This document shows positions 26,446 to 35,181 of a DNA stretch of 64,000 bases, piece after piece. The notes beneath the pieces are model-generated. The model saw only the letters and a list, made by a program, of their open reading frames with translations, was not told the DNA's origin and searched no databases. Origin of the DNA: Burkholderiales bacterium (GTDB lineage: Bacteria > Pseudomonadota > Gammaproteobacteria > Burkholderiales > JAEUOS01); assembly GCA_947473125.1 (NCBI GenBank), contig CANJDH010000012.1:1131-65130 (forward strand), given 5' to 3'. Made by a program: the position numbers and the translations under genes. How positions within the stretch are numbered: the stretch's first letter is position 1; each line of letters begins with the position of its first letter.

Positions 26446-27606
26446 TTACGCTGTAGCTAACGCTTGTACGCGCTCGGCGATAGATTGCCAGCCTGTATCC
26501 GAAGCGAGATCCAAATTTTCATCGGAAACTATGTCGCCGCTTTCCGTATTCACCACAAGCAGCGCGCCCTGCTTTGCCGATAAATCAACCTCGGCAGAAA
26601 TGGAAAGCTGTCCGATTGTCCACTCCGCCTGCACCCCGCCTTCCGGCGTCGGAAACAAGCGAGGCAGCGGCGCCTCGGTCGGCCAGTGAGCCTCCCAAGT
26701 GGCGGCAAGCCAGCGCAAACCATCACGCGCGAGCGCCAGCCCTTCACCGTTGTGCCACCCATCCCGAAGCAATAACAATTGCTCGACGCGCGCAGAAACA
26801 TCCAGCGCGTCCAGCACTTCAATATGACTCACATCTTCAATTTTCCTGGGCGTATCCGACTGATCGCGCACCATGACCGCACGAACCAACGCGAGCCCTC
26901 GGCTGATTTCGTACTCGGCCAAGGCTTCGTGCGCCGCCACTCTGACATCTTCGCCATACTGCCCCGAAACCTTGGCGCCGCCGATCAACTCAAAAGTGAA
27001 GGTCTTCGCCTTGGCGTTCAATTCAATGATCGACCCGCGCAACTCCTCCTCGCTGCGATACTCGGAAGCAGTTCGCAGCACAAGATTCTTGCGCGTCACC
27101 TTGGTATAAATCACCGGTACGGCTCGCTGCTGCTGAACAAACTCAACCTGTTCATCATCCCGCAACGACCTGCCAAACTCGTCGAAATAGGCAAGCAGAT
27201 TTTTAGGCAGTAGTTCATCAACCGACGCGCCAGTGCTTGCCTTGTCGATAACGTCAACGATCCGGTCACGCGCACGGTCGAACCATTCAGCGTTGACATC
27301 GGGAAGCAAGCTTCCCTGAGGGTGAATGCGCTCCAGCACCGGAACTGCGCAACCTTCATCCACGCCAGAAAGATGCAGCGCAAAACCAGAGGCAAAACCG
27401 CGCGGTACCCGCTGACGGCTGGGATTTTCCTTGAGGTAAAGCCACTTGGCGGTCTCGACAACGAGACTCTCAAACGCAGCCCAATCCTTCAGCACCTCGA
27501 TTGGAATCGTGTGCTCGTCGAATCTCGGCCCAACCAAATGCGGTCTGAGGAATTCGCTCTTCATGGGATCAATCGATAAAGGCCAGCTTGGGTGGCAAAA
27601 CGGCAC
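26446..27606 (-). CDS. Hypothetical protein, 372-386 aa (ORF-X), no family recognised
   Basis: Long ORF co-directional with the R-M genes. Two possible starts: GTG at 27606 preceded by AGGA, or ATG at 27564 (MKSEFLRPHL). No TM helix, signal peptide or nucleotide-binding motif seen. Confidence 0.75.
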   Translation of the reverse strand: MPFCHPSWPLSIDPMKSEFLRPHLVGPRFDEHTIPIEVLKDWAAFESLVVETAKWLYLKENPSRQRVPRGFASGFALHLSGVDEGCAVPVLERIHPQGSLLPDVNAEWFDRARDRIVDVIDKASTGASVDELLPKNLLAYFDEFGRSLRDDEQVEFVQQQRAVPVIYTKVTRKNLVLRTASEYRSEEELRGSIIELNAKAKTFTFELIGGAKVSGQYGEDVRVAAHEALAEYEISRGLALVRAVMVRDQSDTPRKIEDVSHIEVLDALDVSARVEQLLLLRDGWHNGEGLALARDGLRWLAATWEAHWPTEAPLPRLFPTPEGGVQAEWTIGQLSISAEVDLSAKQGALLVVNTESGDIVSDENLDLASDTGWQSIAERVQALATA

Positions 27607-27727
27607 TGCATCCTACCACAGTACCGCCTCCTACAAATATGATGGAAAGCCTTGTCTACCAACGGTTTCCGGCTGATTCTCGTCAGCAAAAAAGCGGCAA
27701 AGATGCTACTGGCGTGCGTTCTCACAT

Positions 27728-29167
27728 TCACACCAGTCGGCCTTCAAAGGCGCGCTTGAGGATGGCCTGTTTCAGCAGCGCGCCTCGGACCAGCTGCGCT
27801 TCGATGTCGGATTCTGCGCGGGCTATGGATGTCAGCATCGCATCAGCGAGGGCAATAATTTCATGCTGTTCATCAAGGGATGGTACCGGGATAGGCGTCG
27901 CCTTAATGTCGGTTCCGGAAACGCCCGTTTGCCCTGCCGTAGTACGTGCCTTGCCGGCAATGTGCTTTCTCGACTCCCCGCAATTTGCAGCAATCTCCAC
28001 ATATTCCGGCATTTGTGCTGCCTCAACGAGCTGAACGCGGATCAACTTATCCGGGTAGAGAATGTCCTCCTCCGAGCTTCGCACCAACCCAGCCACTCCA
28101 AGAAAATCAAGGCTGCCGTTGTAACGAGTGAAAAGGAGATCACCTGTTTTGATGAAGTAGTCTTCAGCGGCGCCTCTCTGAATATCCAAATAGCGATCCT
28201 TTGCAAGGTTGACTTGCATCGGTCGCACTGCGCTGATGCGAAGAATCTGGAAACCAGGCGGGTTCGGGCTGGGCTTTTGAGGCAAGCCGTTTCGAACCAA
28301 AGATGCGAGCTGATCAAGAGTTGCCCATACCCAGCCGCCGGGAAGGATGGGTAGATCTTCAGCCTCCAATTCCACCGGATCAGAGTATTTTTCCTTCCAC
28401 CCTTTGGGCGGTGCTTTGCCAGCATCGGCGAACTTCTTCAGTTGTGCGGCTTCCCATTTCTCGCGACGCGTTTTCAGGATGCGCTTGAGCAGTGCGGCGC
28501 CGGATTCTTTCGGGGTGTTTTTCGCGCGCCAGTCTTGCGTGAGGCGCCCTTCGACGGCGGACTTGAGGACGGAGGCGCGGTAGCGTTTGAGTTTGGCGCG
28601 GGCGCGTTCGAGGGAGGCGATGCCGGCGTCGAGATCGGAGAAGAGTTCTTCGATCTTGGCAACGATTTCTTGCTGATCGTCAATCGGCGGGACCGGGATG
28701 ACTTGATCGGCCAACCAACCTGCTGGCACTCGCAATTGGCCTGCGCTCCCGGCCATATTTCGCGCTGCCACTCGGCGAAACGTGCGTTGGGAAATGTAGT
28801 TGGCAAGCCACCTCGCTGAAACACTTGCGCTTGGCCGAAGAACGTGAAATTCAGTTGAGCCGTAACCGACACTGTGCTCAAGTGCGGGCACTACAGCCAG
28901 CTTGCCGTTTTCCATGCAAGGCGTGATTTTCGCGAAGAGCACATCGCCTTCCAAAAATTGCGTATAGCCTTTGGCCACTTCCTCGAGCGGTCGCAGTTTT
29001 GAAACATCGATGCCACCAAAGTTTTCGATCACCGATGCCATTGGCACAAAGTGCACATTGGAATTCGGTTCAATGTTGACTGTGGCTTTGCGCGGGTTCG
29101 CTTGCGATACGTTCGATACTTTTTCTAATCGCCATCCCGACGGAAGCGAAGCCTTGTCCGCACTCAC
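27728..29167 (-). CDS. hsdS: Type I restriction-modification system, specificity subunit
   Basis: Two target-recognition domains are separated by, and followed by, the conserved repeats IPVPPIDDQQEIVAKIEELF... and IPVPSLDEQHEIIALADAML... . The start overlaps the hsdR stop by 4 nt. Confidence 0.9.
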   Translation of the reverse strand: MSADKASLPSGWRLEKVSNVSQANPRKATVNIEPNSNVHFVPMASVIENFGGIDVSKLRPLEEVAKGYTQFLEGDVLFAKITPCMENGKLAVVPALEHSVGYGSTEFHVLRPSASVSARWLANYISQRTFRRVAARNMAGSAGQLRVPAGWLADQVIPVPPIDDQQEIVAKIEELFSDLDAGIASLERARAKLKRYRASVLKSAVEGRLTQDWRAKNTPKESGAALLKRILKTRREKWEAAQLKKFADAGKAPPKGWKEKYSDPVELEAEDLPILPGGWVWATLDQLASLVRNGLPQKPSPNPPGFQILRISAVRPMQVNLAKDRYLDIQRGAAEDYFIKTGDLLFTRYNGSLDFLGVAGLVRSSEEDILYPDKLIRVQLVEAAQMPEYVEIAANCGESRKHIAGKARTTAGQTGVSGTDIKATPIPVPSLDEQHEIIALADAMLTSIARAESDIEAQLVRGALLKQAILKRAFEGRLV

Positions 29168-31998
29168 GCCGCCAACCTCTCGTTCAATTCATCGAGCAAC
29201 ACCGGCAAGCGCTCGCCGAACAGTTGCACCACCTTACCCAGTCCGCCCATCTGACTGAACGGCACATCCTCAAAATCGTCACGCTCAATCGCGAGGCTGG
29301 CGGCAATGTGGTTTTTGATGGCGTCGAGCCAGATGCGTTGTTCGCTGGTGAAGGGCGGCCCCTGTTTTTGTTTTTCCTGCAGCCATGCGGTGTAGGCGGG
29401 TTCGATTTCTTCGGTGCGCGGGATGGCTTGGGCTTCGGGATGGATGGCATGGCGCACTAGCGCGATGAGATCGACCAGGGCTTTGGGTTGGCCTTTGACG
29501 GCGTTGGGTTCGGCTGCCTGGGCTTGTTGCCAGAGCCAGTGCACGCTGGCAGGTTTGGCGGGGTCTACGTGAAATTGTTTGAGGCGGGTGGCGAGGTCGC
29601 GGACTTGTTTGTAGTTGAGGCCGGCGCGGTAAGGTTTGCTGTAGAGCAGTTGCAGGGCTTCGATGTCGGCTTTGTGGTCGGCGCAGAATTTGCGCAGGTC
29701 GGCGAGTACGGTTTGCGCTTTGGCTTTGGCGGCGGCGTTGAATTCGGATGCGGTTAGATTGTCTTTGGTGACTTCGTCGATCACTTGTTCACGGTTGGCT
29801 TCGCGCACGGCGAGGATGATTTTGCGCAGCGGCGCGTGGTGGAAGGGTTTGAGCGCGGCTTGCATCGCGGTCTGTTCGGCGGCGTCGAGTTGAGCTTCGG
29901 TGGGCTCGGCCTTGCCGGAGGTAAGTTGGGCTGCGGTTAAGGTTTTGTCGGGGTCGATGGCTGCAAACAGTTGGGCTGCAAGGGTTTCGAGGCCTTGGCC
30001 TTGGAAATCGTTGGTGGGGGCGGCTTGTGGCGCGATGGCATCTTTTATTTCTTTCGCTACCGCCATGCGCTGGGTGTAGTCGGCCTCGTGCGCCAGGCGT
30101 GTGAGCTTGGCGGCCAGCGCCGAGACAACGTCCACATGCACCATGCCGCTGGCGACCATGTCGAGCACCTTCTCCAAGGAAACGCCGGGTTTGCGGTCGA
30201 GGGGTTTGGAGAGGCTCTTGTCGCTTTCGCATACACCGACGGCATCGACGATGACGAAGCGGGTCTTGCCGCCTTGCGCTACAGCGTCGCGCGTGACGCT
30301 GCCGAGGGCTTCGTCGCTGATGACGCGCACGCCGCGGCCCTTCATCTGCTCGAAGTAGGCAGCGGAAGCGATGTTGCGCATGAACAGCAGGCACTCGATG
30401 GCTTTGACATCGGTTCCGGTGGCGATCATGTCCACCGTGACCGCGATGCGCGGGAAGTAGCTGTTGCGGAATTCGGCCAGTACGTCTTCGGCTTTGCGGC
30501 CTGTGGTCTTGCTGGTGATTTTCCAGCAGAAGTCGTTGCCCTTGCCGAACTGCTCTCGTATCTCGGCGACGATGTCTTCGGCGTGGGCGTCGTCTTTGGC
30601 AAAGACAAGGGTCTTGGGTACGTCGCTGCGACCGGGAAACATCTCGGTGTTGATGCGCTCCTTGAAGGTCTTGATGACGAGGCGGATCTGGTCTTTGGCC
30701 ACCACATCGCGGTCGAGCTGGCTGGCGGTGTAGGGCAAATCGGCGTCGAGCTCGGCGAAGCGGGTCTGGCGAGTGCGCCGGTCGCGGTGCGGTACGAAGT
30801 AACCGGGCTCGGCGTCGAGCGTCGCGCCCTTCTCGGTGATCTTGGTGCGAATCTTGTAGACGTCATAGCCGACGTTGACGCCGTCGACCACGGCTTTTTC
30901 GTGGCTGTAGTCCTGCACCAGGTTGTTGTTGAAGAAGCCCAGGGTTTGCGCCGAGGGAGTGGCGGTGAGGCCGATAAGGAAGGCATCGAAATATTCGAGC
31001 GCCTGGCGCCAGACGTTGTAGATCGAGCGATGGCATTCGTCGATGACGATGATGTCGAAGGATTCGATCGGGATTCGGGCGTTGTAGACAACCGGCAGCG
31101 GCTCTTTGAGAAGCGGGTTGGCTGTTTCGAAACCCGACTTGTCTTCAGCGTCTTCGTCGAAGTGCTCTTCGCCCTTGAGCATCGAATAGAGCCGCTGGAT
31201 CGTGGTGATGACGACTTTCGCCGCCGGATCGATGGTGTTTTTGGTGAGGCGCTGGACCGGGTATTCCTCGTGGAACTTGTAGCTGTTGTGCGGGCTTTGA
31301 AAACTCTGGAACTCGTTGAGCGCCTGTTTGCCGAGGTTGTTGCGGTCCACCAGAAACAGGATGCGGCGCGCACCGGCGAAGCGCAGCAGCCGATAGCTGA
31401 AATTGCAGGCTGTAAAGGTTTTGCCGCTGCCGGTGGCCATTTGAATCAGAGAGCGCGGGCGGTTCTGCGCCATCGAAGCATCGAGGTTGGCGATGGCCTC
31501 GCGCTGCACGCGCCAAAGCTTCTCGGCAGCGAGCGGCGCCGGCTCGCGCAACGCCGTGCGCAGTTGCTGCGGCAGCCCGATCAGGCGCAACAGTTCTTCA
31601 GGACGATGAAACGTAAAGACGGCGCGACTGCGCGCGTCCACTTCCAGCGCATTGGTGAACTGGGTTTCGATGCCGGTGGATTCGTAGGCGAAGGGCAGCG
31701 GCTTGCGGTGCGCCGGCAGGCCATCGGGCAGGCCGAGCGTGTATTTGCTGGCCTGCAGCTCCACGCCCTTGAGGGTGTGGCCCTCGGGCTTGGCTTCGAT
31801 CACACCTGCGGCTTTGCCATCCACATAGAGCAGGTAGTCGGCATAGCCAGTTTTGAGCGGGAACTCGCGCACTGCCACACCCAGCCCGGCGGAAATGTTC
31901 ATGTCCGGGCGCGACTGCACCAGCCAGCCGCATTGAGCCAACTGACGGTCGATGTGTTGCCGGGCGAGCGCTTCCGGGTCGTTGGGGTTGGGCGGCAT
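29164..31998 (-). CDS. hsdR: Type I restriction enzyme, R (endonuclease/helicase) subunit
   Basis: N-terminal nuclease-like region (GYADYLLYVDGKAAGVIEAK), SF2 helicase motif I MATGSGKTFTA and motif II IVIDECHRS. Confidence 0.9.
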   Translation of the reverse strand: MPPNPNDPEALARQHIDRQLAQCGWLVQSRPDMNISAGLGVAVREFPLKTGYADYLLYVDGKAAGVIEAKPEGHTLKGVELQASKYTLGLPDGLPAHRKPLPFAYESTGIETQFTNALEVDARSRAVFTFHRPEELLRLIGLPQQLRTALREPAPLAAEKLWRVQREAIANLDASMAQNRPRSLIQMATGSGKTFTACNFSYRLLRFAGARRILFLVDRNNLGKQALNEFQSFQSPHNSYKFHEEYPVQRLTKNTIDPAAKVVITTIQRLYSMLKGEEHFDEDAEDKSGFETANPLLKEPLPVVYNARIPIESFDIIVIDECHRSIYNVWRQALEYFDAFLIGLTATPSAQTLGFFNNNLVQDYSHEKAVVDGVNVGYDVYKIRTKITEKGATLDAEPGYFVPHRDRRTRQTRFAELDADLPYTASQLDRDVVAKDQIRLVIKTFKERINTEMFPGRSDVPKTLVFAKDDAHAEDIVAEIREQFGKGNDFCWKITSKTTGRKAEDVLAEFRNSYFPRIAVTVDMIATGTDVKAIECLLFMRNIASAAYFEQMKGRGVRVISDEALGSVTRDAVAQGGKTRFVIVDAVGVCESDKSLSKPLDRKPGVSLEKVLDMVASGMVHVDVVSALAAKLTRLAHEADYTQRMAVAKEIKDAIAPQAAPTNDFQGQGLETLAAQLFAAIDPDKTLTAAQLTSGKAEPTEAQLDAAEQTAMQAALKPFHHAPLRKIILAVREANREQVIDEVTKDNLTASEFNAAAKAKAQTVLADLRKFCADHKADIEALQLLYSKPYRAGLNYKQVRDLATRLKQFHVDPAKPASVHWLWQQAQAAEPNAVKGQPKALVDLIALVRHAIHPEAQAIPRTEEIEPAYTAWLQEKQKQGPPFTSEQRIWLDAIKNHIAASLAIERDDFEDVPFSQMGGLGKVVQLFGERLPVLLDELNERLAA

Positions 31999-32058
31999 CT
32001 GGCCTTGCAGCCTTGTTGTTGTGCCGCTAGTGTAGCTGTGGCTTGCTCAAACAGCCAG

Positions 32059-33531
32059 TCACGAAAGATGCCGCTGCAGCGTGGCGCGCACGCCATTGGC
32101 GAATAGCGACTCAAGATAGTTTTCTACCTTGGCGGTAAATGCGGCTGCACGCGGAAGGTCGTCGCCAAAAATGGCGCCGAGGCCGAGTAGACGCTGGCAC
32201 AGTGCCGCCGGTGAGCCGCGCGTCGCACTGGCGGCGTTGGCGAATTCGGTGCTCAAGGGATCGCGCACGTCGATAACCTTGCCGCGTTCGTCCCAGCCAC
32301 TCACATAGCGCATCCAGCCGGCCACCACCAGCGCGAGCGTGTCAATCGACGTCCCCGCAGCGAGGCAATCGCGTACCGTGTGAAGAATGCGCTGCGGCAA
32401 TTTTTGCGAGCCGTCCATCGCGATCTGCCAGGTGCGATGCGGCAAGGCGGTATTGCGAAAGCGCGCCATCAGATCGCGCTGATACTGTTGCACGTCGATG
32501 TCGAGCGGCGGCAAGGTCGGCTCGACTTCGCGCCATAGATGATCGACCAATGAAGCAAACAAGGGATCGGCACTGGCCTGATAAATAAATTCGTGACCTG
32601 CGAGGTACCCGAGATAAGCCATCGCCGAATGCGCAGCGTTCAGCAGACGCAGCTTCATCAATTCGAATGGCGCAACGTCGGTGACGAACTGCGCGCCGTG
32701 TTCTTCCCATGCTGGCCGCCTGGCGGCGAAGCGATCTTCGATCACCCACTGCGTGAAGGGCTCCGTCATCACCGGGATCGCATCTTGCACTTTGATCAGC
32801 GCGGCAGTGTCGGCGATGTCCTGTGCGGTGGTCGCCGGAACGATGCGATCCACCATTGTCGAGGGGAAAGTGACGTGGTCGCGCATCCACGCCGGCAGTG
32901 TTGGGTCGGCAGCGTCTGCCAATTCGAACATCAGGCCTTCAAGCGTGCGGCCGTTGTGCGGCAGGTTGTCGCACGAGATGATTGTCAGTTTTCCGGAAAC
33001 CGTTGGTGTGAGCGCCCTGCGGGCCCGCAACGCCCGAAGAAGCGCTCCTGGAGCGCTTTTAGGAGCATCGGCCTGCGCGATGTCGTGGGCGATGTCGGGA
33101 TGCGCAAAATTAAGCCTGCCGCTCGCGGGATCGTGGCAGTAGCCTTTTTCGGTAATCGTCAGCGACACGATGCGCGTCGTCGTCGCGGCCATGCGCGCAA
33201 TCACGGCGGGCATGGCGTCGGCGCCGCACAGGGCCTCGCGAACGCTGGCGATGATCCTCGGCTGCGCCCCGGAATCATCCTTGGCGACCAGCGTGTAGAG
33301 CCCTTCTTGTGCGCGCAACGCGTCAACCACCCCGCGCGATCTGAGGCTGACGCCGCAAATGCCCCAACGCGGGTCGTCGGCCAGCAGGGAATCGGTGTAG
33401 ACCGCCTGGTGGGCGCGATGAAAATTGCCCAGACCCAGATGGACGATGCCGATCGACACGGCATCAGGATCGTACGTAGGCCGCCGTACTGCGACGGGCA
33501 AACGCGCCAGCGTCTCGCGCCCCAGCGGCAT
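32059..33531 (-). CDS. Mannitol dehydrogenase-family oxidoreductase (fructuronate/tagaturonate reductase-like)
   Basis: IVHLGLGNFHRAHQAVY is a Rossmann N-terminus typical of UxuB/UxaB/MtlD. The ATG is 16 codons into ORF 32059..33579. Confidence 0.8.
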   Translation of the reverse strand: MPLGRETLARLPVAVRRPTYDPDAVSIGIVHLGLGNFHRAHQAVYTDSLLADDPRWGICGVSLRSRGVVDALRAQEGLYTLVAKDDSGAQPRIIASVREALCGADAMPAVIARMAATTTRIVSLTITEKGYCHDPASGRLNFAHPDIAHDIAQADAPKSAPGALLRALRARRALTPTVSGKLTIISCDNLPHNGRTLEGLMFELADAADPTLPAWMRDHVTFPSTMVDRIVPATTAQDIADTAALIKVQDAIPVMTEPFTQWVIEDRFAARRPAWEEHGAQFVTDVAPFELMKLRLLNAAHSAMAYLGYLAGHEFIYQASADPLFASLVDHLWREVEPTLPPLDIDVQQYQRDLMARFRNTALPHRTWQIAMDGSQKLPQRILHTVRDCLAAGTSIDTLALVVAGWMRYVSGWDERGKVIDVRDPLSTEFANAASATRGSPAALCQRLLGLGAIFGDDLPRAAAFTAKVENYLESLFANGVRATLQRHLS

Positions 33532-33547
33532 GATGCGCTCCTGCGTC

Positions 33548-35095
33548 CTAGCCGACGATGCCGATCTGCCAAGGCACAAATTCGTGATCGCCCAAGCCGA
33601 GCAGCTCGCTCTTCGATTTTTCTCCAGAGGCGATCTGCAGCATCAAGTCAAAAATCTTCTGCCCCATCTGGTTCATGGTCAATTCGCCGTCAATCACGCT
33701 GCCGCAGTTGATGTCCATGTCTTCTTCCAGGCGCTTGAACATCGGCGTGTTGGTGGCAAGCTTGATCGAGGGCACCGGCTTGGCGCCAAACATCGAACCG
33801 CGACCGGTGGTGAACATGATCATGTTGGCGCCGCCGGCGATCTGGCCGGTGGCCGATACCGGGTCATAGCCGGGGGTGTCCATAAACACCAGCCCGCGCT
33901 GTTTCACCGGCTCGGCGTATTTGTAGACTTCCATCAGCGGCCCGGTACCACCCTTCATCGACGAGCCGAGCGATTTTTCGAATATATTGGCCAGGCCACC
34001 GGCGTTGTTGCCAGGGCTCACCTTGCCGTTGATCTGCACGTCGCGCCCGACCGCGTAGTTGTCTTTCCACCAGCGGATGCGTTCGATCAGTTTTTCACCG
34101 ACTTCGCGGTTGCGTGCGCGGCAGGTCAGCGTATGTTCCACGCCGTAAATTTCCGGTGTCTCCGACAGGATCGCGGTGCCGCCGTGGCGCGCCAGGAGAT
34201 CCATGGCCGCGCCCAGCGCCGGGTTGGCGGTCAAGCCGGAAAAGCCGTCGGACCCGCCGCATTGCAGGCCGATCGACAGGTGGCTGGCCGGCACGCGGGT
34301 ACGCGTCACCGCATTGGCGGCAGGGAGCAAGGCCTTGACGGCATTGACGCCGGCTTCGATGGTCTTGCGGGTACCTCCGGTGTCCTGCATCACGAAGGTC
34401 TTGAGGCGCGGCCCGACCGAGAGGCCCTCCGCTTCGAGGAGGCCGGCGATCTGGTTGCGCTCGCAGCCAAGGCCGATCACCAGCACCGCCGCGAGATTGG
34501 CATGGCGGATGTAACCCGCCATGGTCCGGCGCAGCAGGTCCATCGGCTCGCCGGTCATTTCCATGCCGCAACCCAAGCCGTGAGCGAACGCCGCGACGCC
34601 GTCGATGTTGGGGTACTCGGCGAGACGCTCCGGCGTAAACCATTCGGCGATCTTGTGCACCACCGTTGCCGAGCAGTTGACCGTTGTGATGATGCCGACG
34701 TAGTTGCGCGTGGCGACCTGGCCGTTGTCGCGCACGATGCCCATGAAGGAGGCGCGCCCGGCCTCGGGAATCATATCGATCGGCTGGTAGTCGCGCGCAT
34801 AGGCGTAGTCGCGCTCGGTCTCGCGAAATTCGAGGTTGTGCGAATGGATCAGCGTCCCCGGCTCGATGTCGGTAGCTGCGAAGCCGATGGTCACGCCATA
34901 TTTTCGGATGGCATCGCCCTTGGCAATTTTGGTGCTGGCGATCTTGTGTCCCGCACCTACCTGGCTGCGGCTGGTGATGCCCTCGGCGGGCAGCGCCGTG
35001 CCGATGCTCACATCGGCACGCGCAATCACGATATTGTCATTGTCGTGCAGGCGCACGGTGGGGCCGGCGGCGTGCCGGTCGCGAAGTTCGATCAT
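33548..35095 (-). CDS. UxaA-family (altronate/galactarate) dehydratase
   Basis: N-terminal SAF domain (VRLHDNDNIVIARADV...GHKIA) and a large C-terminal UxaA/GarD domain. The ATG is 27 codons into ORF 33548..35176. Confidence 0.85.
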   Translation of the reverse strand: MIELRDRHAAGPTVRLHDNDNIVIARADVSIGTALPAEGITSRSQVGAGHKIASTKIAKGDAIRKYGVTIGFAATDIEPGTLIHSHNLEFRETERDYAYARDYQPIDMIPEAGRASFMGIVRDNGQVATRNYVGIITTVNCSATVVHKIAEWFTPERLAEYPNIDGVAAFAHGLGCGMEMTGEPMDLLRRTMAGYIRHANLAAVLVIGLGCERNQIAGLLEAEGLSVGPRLKTFVMQDTGGTRKTIEAGVNAVKALLPAANAVTRTRVPASHLSIGLQCGGSDGFSGLTANPALGAAMDLLARHGGTAILSETPEIYGVEHTLTCRARNREVGEKLIERIRWWKDNYAVGRDVQINGKVSPGNNAGGLANIFEKSLGSSMKGGTGPLMEVYKYAEPVKQRGLVFMDTPGYDPVSATGQIAGGANMIMFTTGRGSMFGAKPVPSIKLATNTPMFKRLEEDMDINCGSVIDGELTMNQMGQKIFDLMLQIASGEKSKSELLGLGDHEFVPWQIGIVG

Positions 35096-35181
35096 GGCTA
35101 CTTTCGGAAGAACGCCTCGACTGCGGCGCCCGGATGGATGGCGGATGGGTGGCGAACAAACGGGGGCTGACCCCATTTATT

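Noticed and set aside
24285-32058. Looked for mobile-element hallmarks around the R-M island: integrase, transposase, tRNA target, and flanking direct or inverted repeats.
   Set aside because: None was found by eye in the 100-nt and 60-nt flanks or inside the island. I therefore do not call a mobile_element feature and describe it only as a compositionally distinct island.
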